From the NCBI GenBank assembly GCA_963818965.1, contig CAWFUG010000011.1, forward strand, positions 1 to 64,000: a DNA stretch of 64,000 bases. Direction: 5' to 3'. Made by a program: the position numbers and the translations under genes. The notes beneath the pieces are model-generated. The model was given only the letters and a program-made list of their open reading frames with translations, was not told the origin of the DNA and ran no database searches. This DNA comes from an uncultured Verrucomicrobiae bacterium. GTDB lineage: Bacteria; Chlamydiota; Chlamydiia; Chlamydiales; Rhabdochlamydiaceae. Shown here piece by piece: positions 14,182 to 23,643 of the stretch (position 1 is its first letter; every line of letters begins with the position of its first letter).

Positions 14182-14805
14182 ATGCTTAAAACAGATTTGT
14201 ACACTGTAATCCACAAAGCGCAAAGAGCCCACTTATTCACCCTCAGCGCCAGAATCGGTCGGACAGATTTCTCCAATCCAGAAGAGAGTGCGCTGATCAA
14301 ACAAAAGCTCTCAGAGATGATCTCCCATTTACGAAAACACTCGATCGTCGAAGCGACATTCATCCACCCGCTCTTTGCAGAACTTGGAAACTCTGAGTTT
14401 GATGAAGAGCACGAGGAACTGGAAGGGCACTTGCTCCAATTAGAACAGATCGTAGAGGAAAAGCGTTGGCAAGAGCTCTATTCTGCATTCAACCGCTTCC
14501 TCGCTCTCTATCTCATCCATCAAGATGAAGAAGAGCGAGCTCAGGTGGACATTTTATGGAAACACTTCGACGATACGCGACTTTCTGGAGTACTAAATGC
14601 TTTTATGGCCAGCCGCTCTCCAGCTATGGCCTTGGAGGATTTGAAATTCCTCCTCCCCGCTTTGAGCCTTTCTGAATTGACGCATATGTTCCAGGGGATG
14701 AAGATGAGCGCTCCGCCGCAAGCATTTCAAGCGGCTAGTGAGATCGCTAAAACTGAGCTTGAGCCCAACCGTTGGACGCAACTAGATGAATTACTGAGGA
14801 GGTAA
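14182..14805 (+). CDS. Hemerythrin-domain protein
   Basis: DLYTVIHK, HSIVEATFIHP, EEHEELE and HQDEEE metal-ligand motifs. Confidence 0.8.
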   Translation: MLKTDLYTVIHKAQRAHLFTLSARIGRTDFSNPEESALIKQKLSEMISHLRKHSIVEATFIHPLFAELGNSEFDEEHEELEGHLLQLEQIVEEKRWQELYSAFNRFLALYLIHQDEEERAQVDILWKHFDDTRLSGVLNAFMASRSPAMALEDLKFLLPALSLSELTHMFQGMKMSAPPQAFQAASEIAKTELEPNRWTQLDELLRR

Positions 14806-14808
14806 AAC

Positions 14809-15108
14809 ATGGACCTTAAGGAAATAGCCCAACACTGCGAAAAAGCATGGGGGCAGTACGCAGAAAAATTCCAAATCCATCGCGATGATGCTTTTTATTT
14901 ATTTAAGATGCAGGAGGAGCTGGGAGAGTTGATCCGTTCTTTTCTAGAGCTCAGAGGTTCAGAGAAAAAACGCAACGCGAGCTTAGAGGAATTGCAAAAG
15001 AGATTCGCGTCTGATGTCGCAAGCCTCGTAGGGAATGCGCTGATTTTGGCTCTGCATTTCGATGTCGATCTGGAGAGAGAGATAAAAGCGAAGTTCCCCG
15101 TGCACTAA
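14809..15108 (+). CDS. MazG-like nucleotide pyrophosphohydrolase family small protein
   Basis: KMQEELGEL motif, helical 99 aa, GGAGG RBS upstream. Confidence 0.65.
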   Translation: MDLKEIAQHCEKAWGQYAEKFQIHRDDAFYLFKMQEELGELIRSFLELRGSEKKRNASLEELQKRFASDVASLVGNALILALHFDVDLEREIKAKFPVH

Positions 15109-15119
15109 TTATAATTTCC

Positions 15120-15195
15120 ACCACAGAGAACACAGAGCACACAGAGGGAAAAGCAAAAAAATGCCCCTCTCTGTGTCCTCTGTGTTCTCTGTGGT
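15120..15195. repeat. Palindromic element built from CACAGAG units
   Basis: accacagagaacacagagcacacagaggg ... ctctctgtgtcctctgtgttctctgtggt inverted arms. Confidence 0.9.
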
Positions 15196-15413
15196 TATTC
15201 TTCTTTTTTGCTTCCTTCGAGTCCATTTTCTAAAAAGCAACCACAACAGACTTATTACAAACATGTTAAAAACACACACACCACATTCTGCTCTGACAAG
15301 AAAAAACTTTTTCCTTGTTCACAAAAATCCTTGAGACTAAGCTCTTACTTTTTTCTTTTCCAATGGGAATTTTCGTAACTCCCTTAACCTTAAGAAGGCT
15401 TAGGTACATTGAA

Positions 15414-16286
15414 ATGAAATCTCTACTGACAGCGCTCTCAGTGCTCTTGAGCACATGTTCCTTTTCAGAACATGTGACCCACCCAGGACTCCCCCTGTAT
15501 TACTGGGATGAGATTTTTCACGGGAGAACCTTTGAAAATTTCGGGGATATCCTCTCGATCAAATTAGTGGAGAGGATCGTCGATAGCCCTGTGCGGCGGT
15601 ATCAAAAGGGACAGAGACCGATCGAAAAAAAGCTCCTAGCAATGGGGTCTCTTTTATTTTTTGCCCTAGATGGGGACGTTTTATGGGGGACTGGCTGTAA
15701 TTTCAAAAGGACAGATTTTCGGTTTAAGAGTTTGGATGTGCGCTCTGTGCGAGGCCCTCTGACACGCAATCTTTTAAGAGATCAATTGGGCATTGAGTGC
15801 CCGGAAATTTACGGAGATCCCGCGCTTCTTTTCCCTTATTTTTTTCCCGAATTCAAAAAACAAGAGCATCCCTCTCGCAATTATCTAATCATCGCACATT
15901 ACGAAGATGAGCACCTCTTTCCCAAAGAAGAATGGGATAATGTCGTATATGTAACAGATCCTTGGGAAGAGATCGTCGAAAAGATCATCGATAGTCGTTT
16001 TGTGGTCTCGACAGCTTTGCACGGAGTCGTCATCGCAGAAGCCTATCATATCCCCGCGCGGTTGGTCATTCTCTCTCAAAGAGAGCCGATGTTCAAATAC
16101 ACCGATTACTATCACGGGACAAATCGGCCCCATTTTCAATACGCGACATCGATCGATGAGGCATTTGACATGCTGGGAGAACATCCTCCTGTATGCGATC
16201 TCAAAAAGTTATACGAGTCATTCCCTTTCGACTATTGGCCTCATGTCACTCCTCGCTCGAGTAGAGAATTGGGCATTGAGTTTTAA
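15414..16286 (+). CDS. Polysaccharide pyruvyl transferase family protein (ExoV-like), with signal peptide
   Basis: NFGDILS, GSLL, VWGTG-like (VLWGTG), VRGPLTR, GDPALL and LHGVVIAEAYHIP motifs. Confidence 0.88.
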   Translation: MKSLLTALSVLLSTCSFSEHVTHPGLPLYYWDEIFHGRTFENFGDILSIKLVERIVDSPVRRYQKGQRPIEKKLLAMGSLLFFALDGDVLWGTGCNFKRTDFRFKSLDVRSVRGPLTRNLLRDQLGIECPEIYGDPALLFPYFFPEFKKQEHPSRNYLIIAHYEDEHLFPKEEWDNVVYVTDPWEEIVEKIIDSRFVVSTALHGVVIAEAYHIPARLVILSQREPMFKYTDYYHGTNRPHFQYATSIDEAFDMLGEHPPVCDLKKLYESFPFDYWPHVTPRSSRELGIEF

Positions 16287-16315
16287 AACATACACCCTTA
16301 AAACGGAGGATCGCG

Positions 16316-17413
16316 ATGAAACTGCCATTTGTTCTTTTCTATACTTGCCTGCTGAACAGCTATCCAGCGGTTTGTTCGAGCTGTCTCGATTATACCCCTA
16401 TCTTGGTAAAAGAGGTCAGCCAAGAACCCCCTCCCGCTCTAGATGACGTGCCCGATTTACAAACTTGGGTGCAAGATTTCATTCTCGAGACCAAACAAAT
16501 TGAAATCCCGGGCTACCCAGATGCCTTTAACCCCTCGATCATTCGCTGGAACGGATCCCTTTTGATGAGTTTTCGCGCCTATAATCCCCAAACAGGTGCG
16601 ACGAATCCCTTTGCTCTGGTTTGGCTCGATGAAAATTTCGAGCCCATCTCAACACCCCAGGTATTCGAACTTCCCTCTTATAATCCCATCCTCCCCTCTA
16701 AACAACAGGACCCTCGCTTGATTGCAGTAGGTAACCGCCTCCTTGCTGTCTACAACAACATCTCCGCAGATGTCACACAGATGGAGATGCGTCGGATGTT
16801 CGTCGTCGAGTTCTTCTACGATGGAGCGCAATTCACTGCAGGTGAGCCAGAGTGTCTCGCAGAATATGAATGGAAAAAAGAATGGAGATATGAAAAAAAT
16901 TGGGTCCCTTTTGAGTATGAGGGAGAGCTTCTTCTCTCTTACGATATTAACCCTCATCGTGTCGTACGCCCTATTTTTGGAACGAATGCTTGTGAAACAG
17001 TCGCCTCAACTGAAACAGAGTTTCAGTGGGATTTTGGGTACCTCAAAGGAGGGACTCAGGCACTTCGAGATGGAGATCTCTACCTCTCATTTTTTCATTC
17101 GTGGATTAACATGCCCAGTGTGCAATCCAATGGAAAAAATATCTGCCATTATCTGATGGGCGCTTATACCTTTCAGGCAGAACCTCCTTTTGCACTGACG
17201 GCGGTTAGCCCAATGCCTATCGTCGCTAAAGATTTTTATGAACCTCCTTACCACAAAACCTGGAAACCGATGCGTTGCGTCTTTCCTGCAGGCATTTTAA
17301 TCGACAATGATTTTATTTGGATTTCTTACGGAAGACAAGACCATGAAATTTGGATTGCTAAATTGGATAAAAAAGCACTTATTGAAAGCCTTACTCCCCT
17401 TCCTTCTCGTTAA
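16316..17413 (+). CDS. Five-bladed beta-propeller glycosyl hydrolase/transferase-like protein (GH130/GT91-like), paralog 1
   Basis: AFNPSII, QDPRL, EKNWVPF, LKGGT, FFHS, VFPAG and ISYGRQD motifs; GGAGG RBS; hydrophobic N-terminus. Confidence 0.7.
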   Translation: MKLPFVLFYTCLLNSYPAVCSSCLDYTPILVKEVSQEPPPALDDVPDLQTWVQDFILETKQIEIPGYPDAFNPSIIRWNGSLLMSFRAYNPQTGATNPFALVWLDENFEPISTPQVFELPSYNPILPSKQQDPRLIAVGNRLLAVYNNISADVTQMEMRRMFVVEFFYDGAQFTAGEPECLAEYEWKKEWRYEKNWVPFEYEGELLLSYDINPHRVVRPIFGTNACETVASTETEFQWDFGYLKGGTQALRDGDLYLSFFHSWINMPSVQSNGKNICHYLMGAYTFQAEPPFALTAVSPMPIVAKDFYEPPYHKTWKPMRCVFPAGILIDNDFIWISYGRQDHEIWIAKLDKKALIESLTPLPSR

Positions 17414-18446
17414 ACCATTCCCCTCCTGTTTTTGTTCGTTTCCGCTTCCTCCTCAAGAAGCGGAGGCGAATAGGGAAGAGAGGGTGGATCTAGAAGCTCA
17501 CATTCCAGATTTCTTTTTAGAAACGCAGAGGATCGAAATTCCCGATTTCCCTCATGCCTGTAATGCGAGCATCGTTCGATGGAAAGGATTGTTACTCATG
17601 AGCTTTCGCATCATTCCTGATCGAAAGAACTCTTTCAATTCAGAGATCGGACTCCTCTTTCTCGATGAGCAATTTCGCCCGCTCACGCGGCCTCAATTGC
17701 TCCAACTGAGAGACGAGTACGCCGTATCCCCCTGTCGTGCAGAAGATGCGCGCCTCATGGTCCATGGTGAGAGACTCTATGTCCTCTATGATGACAACAC
17801 AGAAGCCAAAGTGAGCAAAGGGGGCTTTCGCGTCTACTTCGCTGAAATAGCTTACGACGGAGAGCATTTTATCGCAGATTCCGTCGAATGTCTCGATCAT
17901 TTTGAAGGGGCCTCGCGCGATACCCGGGAAAAAGCATGGACGCCTTTCATCTACGAAGACACCCTGCTCTTAGCCTACAAGCTCGATCCCCTCAAAGTTT
18001 TCCGTCCCTTCTTAGATGGTTCTGGGCGCTGTAAGACAGTCTGTAATACGAACCCACCGGTTCCCTGGAAATGGGGAGAAATCCGAGGAGGAACTCCTGC
18101 CTATAAAGAGGGAGACGTCTACTTAGGCTTTTTCCACTCCTCTGCACCGATGATGACAGTCCACTCTGATTACAAAAAGATCCTGCACTATTTCGTCGGA
18201 GCCTACACTTTTTCTGCTAAGCCACCCTTTGCCTTACAGAAAATCAGCCCTGAGCCCATCGTCGGCACTAACTTCTACGAAGGAACGCGCTACAAACCAT
18301 TCTGGAAACCCGTCCGTTCCGTCTTCCCCTGCGGCTACATCAGCGACGAAAAATCGATCTGGATCACCTACGGCCGCGACGATCATGAGATCTGGGTCGC
18401 AAAGCTAGATAAAGAAAAGCTATTGCAAAGTCTTGTTCCCATGTGA
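17343..18446 (+). CDS. Five-bladed beta-propeller glycosyl hydrolase/transferase-like protein, paralog 2 (start uncertain)
   Basis: Collinear with paralog 1: ACNASIV, EDARL, EKAWTPF, IRGGT, VFPCG, ITYGRDD. Confidence 0.7.
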   Translation: MKFGLLNWIKKHLLKALLPFLLVKPFPSCFCSFPLPPQEAEANREERVDLEAHIPDFFLETQRIEIPDFPHACNASIVRWKGLLLMSFRIIPDRKNSFNSEIGLLFLDEQFRPLTRPQLLQLRDEYAVSPCRAEDARLMVHGERLYVLYDDNTEAKVSKGGFRVYFAEIAYDGEHFIADSVECLDHFEGASRDTREKAWTPFIYEDTLLLAYKLDPLKVFRPFLDGSGRCKTVCNTNPPVPWKWGEIRGGTPAYKEGDVYLGFFHSSAPMMTVHSDYKKILHYFVGAYTFSAKPPFALQKISPEPIVGTNFYEGTRYKPFWKPVRSVFPCGYISDEKSIWITYGRDDHEIWVAKLDKEKLLQSLVPM

Positions 18447-18610
18447 GCTCGACTTTGTACATTTTTGCGAGGTGATTTTTTGCAAGATGTTGACTTGTCG
18501 TCGCTTGTGACATTCGAAGACAAGCTTGAACAAGCCGGCTTCGAAGGTCACAAGCGACGACAAGTCAACAGATTGTGAAAAGCACCTGCAAAAACATACA
18601 AAGTCGAGCT
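18446..18610. repeat. 165-bp long imperfect palindrome
   Basis: agctcgactttgta...tacaaagtcgagct outer arms; tgttgacttgtcgtcgcttgtgac...gtcacaagcgacgacaagtcaaca inner arms. Confidence 0.9.
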
Positions 18611-18612
18611 GA

Positions 18613-18732
18613 GGCAAGGAAATGATAGGAAGGATTTAATGATAAGAATGATGGAGATTTTTTAGTTCTCTAAAAACTGAACTCATAAATTTATCATTCG
18701 TATCATTATATCATTCCCATCGTTTCCTTGCC
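18613..18732. mobile_element. MITE-like 120-bp element with about 40-bp imperfect terminal inverted repeats (ggcaaggaaa...tttccttgcc)
   Basis: Inverted arms visible; a second copy in the opposite orientation lies at 49025-49156. Confidence 0.7.
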
Positions 18733-18768
18733 GTCCACAGGCGATTTTTTTTATTGACCACACGCCCT

Positions 18769-20469
18769 TTAGCGGGAAGCCAATGCATTCCAGTAAGCGC
18801 GCAGGTATTGCCTCTCTGCCTCTTCGAGGCGGTGGAGGATGAGGTAGCTCTCATCGTTTCGGGTGGACCACGAGCGGGACCAGTTCGCAGAGCCGTTGAC
18901 GATGGTGTCGTCATCGATCACCATCATCTTGTTGTGGACGAGCGGGAGGTGACTTAGGTCTTTGACGGGAATGCCTGCATTTCTCAGTTGGGTGACGATC
19001 GCAGCGCTATCTGACATGCCCCAAACCATCGCTTGGACAGCGACGCCGCGATTTTTGGCGGCGACTGCGGCTTTAGCCATCTCAGGATCTGTCCAGACGC
19101 ACACAGAGATATCGAGCGATTTTTGCGATTGGTTCATCAAGTCGATGATCCGCTGTTTTCCTTGAGTGTTTAAAATACTCTCAGGGGAGTTAGGAGCCGT
19201 GACGTGAGGAAAGAGTAACAGCTCCACTTTTTGTCCCCCTACATCGATGACTGGCGGCTGATTGCTCTCTCTTTGTCGCACCCCTTGCATCACATCGACT
19301 TCTCTGTGTAGATAAGTGGCGAGCTCTTTGTTATGCACAAGCGTCATCATATTCGCTTGTTTTGTGAGGGCGTCTGGCGAGAAATTCGCAGAACCCAACC
19401 AGGTAAGCGCTTGGTCGAGAACTAAGACTTTGTGGTGATAGTGTCCTTCTCCAGAGGGGCGCGTGAGGAGTTTGATTTTATTGCTGCCCAGCGTCTGGAT
19501 CGTCTGCATATGGTTTCTATCGATGATGACCGTGACGTCGACACCGGCTTCTGCCCTTTCGTTCAAGGCGCGGATGATCTCTGTATCAGAGAGGGTAAAG
19601 GTCATGAGAAGAATCGATTGCTGTGCACTTTTAATGCTCTCGATTTGAGTCTTTTTAAGCTCCCCCGAAGTGTCGGAATGGTAAATGAATGGTTTGTCGC
19701 CCTCTTGAGGAAGCGCAAGAGTGCCATTGACAGGTGCTGCTCGAGATGTGGTGGCAACTTTTAAACTCTGCGTTCCCACTTGCGCTTGAATAGGAGCCAC
19801 TTGGATTTGCCATTTCCCTGGGAGGAGATCGGTTTGAGACTTCGCTTGAGTACAGCGGATCCCCGTCATCGCGACATGGGCGATTCCTTCTAGGACATTC
19901 CCCTCTTTAAATTCCCCAGTCGCTTGAGAGACACCTTTTACAATTTGCACGCCTGAAGAGAGGACGAGTAGCTCTACAGAGCCCGTCATGAGAACGCCAA
20001 GGTAAAGGGAGCTACCGACGAGATGTCCTGTTTCAGAAAGAGCGTCTCGATACTTGCCTTGAAAGAGATGGGAAACTAGGGAAGTAGAGCTCTCTATTGT
20101 ATCGTACCCCGTCGTAACGAGTAAACTGACCCCGGGCGCGAGGACCGAGCCTGCTAAAGCACCGACTGCCACGGTCGAGCGAGCGAGGTTCACACAGAAT
20201 TGGGAGGTGCTTTGACTGTTTTTAAGATCCCCCGCACAAGAGATACTCCGCGCTGTATCAGAAACGAGGGCTACTCCTTGAGCAAACGGTTGGTACAAAG
20301 CGGCGAACGGAAGCGCAATCATTCCCAAACGTTTGATCAGGGAAGGAAAAACCGACCCAAAATCGTTATCGAAACGACGCTGATAAGGCGTGTTTTTCCG
20401 GACGCGGTTTTTTAGATCTTCTGCTGCTAGAGAAGGTTGCGTTATTGTGTTTCCAGGAACTCTAATCAT
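18769..20469 (-). CDS. Phospholipase D family protein (two HKD motifs) with N-terminal hydrophobic module
   Basis: HHKVLVLD...GSANFS and HNKMMVIDD...GSANWS; AAGGAG RBS. Confidence 0.92.
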   Translation of the reverse strand: MIRVPGNTITQPSLAAEDLKNRVRKNTPYQRRFDNDFGSVFPSLIKRLGMIALPFAALYQPFAQGVALVSDTARSISCAGDLKNSQSTSQFCVNLARSTVAVGALAGSVLAPGVSLLVTTGYDTIESSTSLVSHLFQGKYRDALSETGHLVGSSLYLGVLMTGSVELLVLSSGVQIVKGVSQATGEFKEGNVLEGIAHVAMTGIRCTQAKSQTDLLPGKWQIQVAPIQAQVGTQSLKVATTSRAAPVNGTLALPQEGDKPFIYHSDTSGELKKTQIESIKSAQQSILLMTFTLSDTEIIRALNERAEAGVDVTVIIDRNHMQTIQTLGSNKIKLLTRPSGEGHYHHKVLVLDQALTWLGSANFSPDALTKQANMMTLVHNKELATYLHREVDVMQGVRQRESNQPPVIDVGGQKVELLLFPHVTAPNSPESILNTQGKQRIIDLMNQSQKSLDISVCVWTDPEMAKAAVAAKNRGVAVQAMVWGMSDSAAIVTQLRNAGIPVKDLSHLPLVHNKMMVIDDDTIVNGSANWSRSWSTRNDESYLILHRLEEAERQYLRAYWNALASR

Positions 20470-20481
20470 TTTATTCTCCTT

Positions 20482-21915
20482 TTAAGACCATTCCTTTGGA
20501 ACGCCCATGTTAATTTTATCGATCAGCATCCTGCTGCGGTTTAATTCATCCAGGGTGACGACAGGGACCTTCCAGCCTACCCATTGCTCAATGTCGCGTT
20601 CGAGTTGGGCTTTGGATGCGTAGGCATTGGGAGCCACCAAGATCACACCAGAGAGCGATTCTCGCGTCACGGGTACCGCCTGACTAAAGCCCAACCAATG
20701 TTTGCCAGTTAACCACCCACCCATAGAGACGAGAGGAGAGCTTTTGCGTTCGATAGTGCGGTTAAAGGCTAAGACATAATTGCCAAAATAGAGCTCTGGA
20801 GCGGTCGAGACGAAAGCACCTCTAAAGGCCCTCTCATGGCGCACTTCCACTTGCTTTGTCTTCAAAATCCCCTCGAGGGCCGATAGATTGGTCGCATGAT
20901 AGTAGTAGGGGGATGTCGTCCCATGGGTGCGGTCCCAAATATTTCCGATGCGCTGATCCACTTCATCGGGAGAGAGCCATTCTACGGGTTGGTTTGAGAA
21001 ACGAGACCGGTAGACCAAACCGGCGAGCTCTCCTCTTACTGACTGAAAAACAGGGACGCGGGAGTCGTTGAAGATGCGGACAAAAGCATCCTTTTCTTTA
21101 AGGGTGCTCTTCTGCCAATACTGCTTGAGCCTGAGGAATGCGCCCTCTTCCCTTCCGGAGATCACATCTTGTGCGAGTTTGATGATCTCTTTAGGGACCT
21201 CGGAATAGTTCTCTTCGAGTGTTCTAGAGACGTGAAAGAGGCTGGCATGGGTATGGACTTGCTTGGCACGCACTAGCGCCATTAAGAGATGGCTGCATCC
21301 TTCGATATAGCGACCCTCTTTGAACTCTTGCCGAGAGTGATAGAGTGACACAACCGCTTGCATCGCAAAAGAGGCGACGGCGATTTCTAGGCCACCCACT
21401 GTCGTAAAGGCGAGGTAGAGGGAGTTGTTCACGAGATTGGCGGTATTTTCCAAAGCCTCTTGGTAGCGCCCTTGCTGTAAGTGGAAGAGAAGAGATGTCG
21501 TTTCCATGAGTAGGTCATGACCTGTCGAGAGGAGCATCCCCGCTGGGTGAGCGAAGAGGGTGCCGGCAACCGAGGCGACACCTAAACTGGTATGGAAGAA
21601 ATGATAACCGCTCTCTCTATAGTCCCCTTGTCGGAGCGCTTCGATCAGCTGCGCACTTTGGGTGAATACGCGAGCTGTTCCCATGGAGAGGGCGATCGGG
21701 AGAGTAAAGGACTTATGTAAGCTTAATAAGGGAGCTGCTGCGAGGACGGCCCGCTTGCTCGTCTGTAACCAATGGGGTTCGTTGCGTTGCGTTCGTATAT
21801 CGTTCTTGTATTCGCGATGGTAGGTGGACGGCGTGAAGTTTCTACAAGAGCGGAGAAGAGATTCTGAAGAACTGTATAGTTTACCTGAAATAGATCTAAC
21901 GAAACTAATAGACAA
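20482..21915 (-). CDS. Putative effector: N-terminal module shared with the adjacent PLD plus a C-terminal ADP-ribosyltransferase-like domain
   Basis: 477-aa ORF; N-module aligns by eye with the PLD N-module; YYYHAT...ILK...GAFVST motif pattern. The gene is clear, the product is tentative. Confidence 0.6.
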   Translation of the reverse strand: MSISFVRSISGKLYSSSESLLRSCRNFTPSTYHREYKNDIRTQRNEPHWLQTSKRAVLAAAPLLSLHKSFTLPIALSMGTARVFTQSAQLIEALRQGDYRESGYHFFHTSLGVASVAGTLFAHPAGMLLSTGHDLLMETTSLLFHLQQGRYQEALENTANLVNNSLYLAFTTVGGLEIAVASFAMQAVVSLYHSRQEFKEGRYIEGCSHLLMALVRAKQVHTHASLFHVSRTLEENYSEVPKEIIKLAQDVISGREEGAFLRLKQYWQKSTLKEKDAFVRIFNDSRVPVFQSVRGELAGLVYRSRFSNQPVEWLSPDEVDQRIGNIWDRTHGTTSPYYYHATNLSALEGILKTKQVEVRHERAFRGAFVSTAPELYFGNYVLAFNRTIERKSSPLVSMGGWLTGKHWLGFSQAVPVTRESLSGVILVAPNAYASKAQLERDIEQWVGWKVPVVTLDELNRSRMLIDKINMGVPKEWS

Positions 21916-22051
21916 TTTAGCCTCATGTTTAATTTTGCGGAATTATAAACAAAGGCAATTAAATAGATCAATACCCGAATTAATTAAAACAGATCGTTTT
22001 AATTTTTGATTGTTCTTGAATGGACGGCTGGAATGTTGTATAGAAATTTCT

Positions 22052-23065
22052 ATGCGTGCGATGGTACTCGAGCGGGTCGGCCTCCCTTTGGTTTTAAAGG
22101 AAGTCCCCACCCCCATTCCCCAACCCTTTGAAGTGCGGATCCAGACGATGGCCTGCGGCGTCTGCCGCACCGACTTGCACATCGTAGATGGGGAACTCCC
22201 CCAGCCTAAGCTCCCCCTCATTCTAGGTCACCAGGTGGTGGGGATTATCGATGCGCTCGGCGACAAAGTCTCTAAATACAAATTGGGAGAGCGCGTGGGG
22301 GTCCCTTGGCTCGGGGGCTGCTGCCATGAGTGTCCCTTTTGCACCTCGGGGAAGGAAAATCTCTGTGACCTGGCCATCTATACGGGATATATGAGGGATG
22401 GGGGGTATGCAGAATACTGCACAGCGCATGAAGATTTTATTTTGAAAATCCCTGAGGGCTATGGGGATCTCAAAGCGGCGCCTCTACTTTGCGCTGGGCT
22501 CATCGGATACCGCGCCTTCCGGCTCGCTGGCCCCGTAAAAAGACTCGGATTATATGGGTTTGGCTCATCGGCACATCTCTTGATTCAGGTAGCGCGTGCA
22601 TTGGAGTGCGAGACATATGTGTTCACGCGGCCAGGAGATGATAAGACGCAACAGTTCGCACGCTCCCTCGGCGCTACGTGGGCAGGAGGGTCTGATCAGC
22701 TCCCAGAAAAACCGCTCGACGCAGCGCTCATTTTCGCACCGGTCGGTGCCCTCTTTCCTCAGGCGCTTAAAGGTGTGAAAAAGGGAGGGAAGGTGATCAG
22801 TGCGGGGATCCACATGAGCCCGATCCCCTCTTTTTCTTACGATCTTCTATGGGGAGAGCGCTCGATGTCCTCTGTTGCCAACTTGACGCGCCAGGATGGG
22901 ATCGATTTCATGCAGCTCTTAGAAAAGCTATCTATCGACGTTTCGGTAACGGTGTTTCCTCTAGAAAAGGCCAACGAGGCACTTGCCTCCATTCGAAATG
23001 GGGGTTTAGAGGGCTCTGCGGTTCTTTCGATCTGTGAAGGTCTGGCACATCGAAATTCTTTTTAA
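22052..23065 (+). CDS. Zinc-dependent alcohol dehydrogenase family protein
   Basis: CGVCRTDLH, GHQVVG, CHECPFC, APLLCAGLIGYR, YGFGSSAH. Confidence 0.95.
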   Translation: MRAMVLERVGLPLVLKEVPTPIPQPFEVRIQTMACGVCRTDLHIVDGELPQPKLPLILGHQVVGIIDALGDKVSKYKLGERVGVPWLGGCCHECPFCTSGKENLCDLAIYTGYMRDGGYAEYCTAHEDFILKIPEGYGDLKAAPLLCAGLIGYRAFRLAGPVKRLGLYGFGSSAHLLIQVARALECETYVFTRPGDDKTQQFARSLGATWAGGSDQLPEKPLDAALIFAPVGALFPQALKGVKKGGKVISAGIHMSPIPSFSYDLLWGERSMSSVANLTRQDGIDFMQLLEKLSIDVSVTVFPLEKANEALASIRNGGLEGSAVLSICEGLAHRNSF

Positions 23066-23131
23066 TTTTCAAAATTCTTGCTTCTAAATTTTTTTTAGAA
23101 GATATCTAAAAAAGACAGAACAATTTCCTAC

Positions 23132-23431
23132 TTGGGTGCTGAATTGTACGATAAACTCGTTCAAATCTTTCCCGATCTCATTGGAATGGTCGGAGTCGCA
23201 TGCTCCCTCTCCGCCTATGTCCTTTTGCAATTGCGCTATTGGAACGCTAGGGATTTAAAATTTTCTTGTGTCAATCTGATGGGATCCAGCTGCATCCTCT
23301 TCTCTCTTTTTTACCACTGGAATATCTCTTCTGTAATCATCGAAGTTGTCTGGCTGATGATGAGCGCCTATGGTGTCATTAATTTTTTTCGTTTAAGACA
23401 GATCGAGAAGAAAAAAATTAACCCCAGTTAG
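23132..23431 (+). CDS. Small membrane protein (CBU_0592-like)
   Basis: Three hydrophobic segments; AYVLLQ, NLMGS and WNISSVIIE pattern. Confidence 0.7.
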   Translation: MGAELYDKLVQIFPDLIGMVGVACSLSAYVLLQLRYWNARDLKFSCVNLMGSSCILFSLFYHWNISSVIIEVVWLMMSAYGVINFFRLRQIEKKKINPS

Positions 23432-23480
23432 GTTGTGGGGAATCGTCTAGACGGGGTATACTCGACGCCGTCTCGAAGGG

Positions 23481-23643
23481 AAAATTAACCACAGAGAGGG
23501 GAAACCACAGAGAGGAAATTTTTTAAATAGTTGTAAACCTATCCCAAAAATCGACGAAAAATTTTATCGGGATAGGTTCATTCTGACCAAGAGGTCTAAT
23601 ATGAATTTTCTCTCTGTGGTTTCCCCTCTCTGTGGTTAATTTT
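23481..23643. repeat. CACAGAG-family palindromic element with 40-bp arms and a nested hairpin
   Basis: Arms 23481-23520 and 23604-23643 differ at one position; internal aacctatccc...gggataggtt hairpin. Confidence 0.92.
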
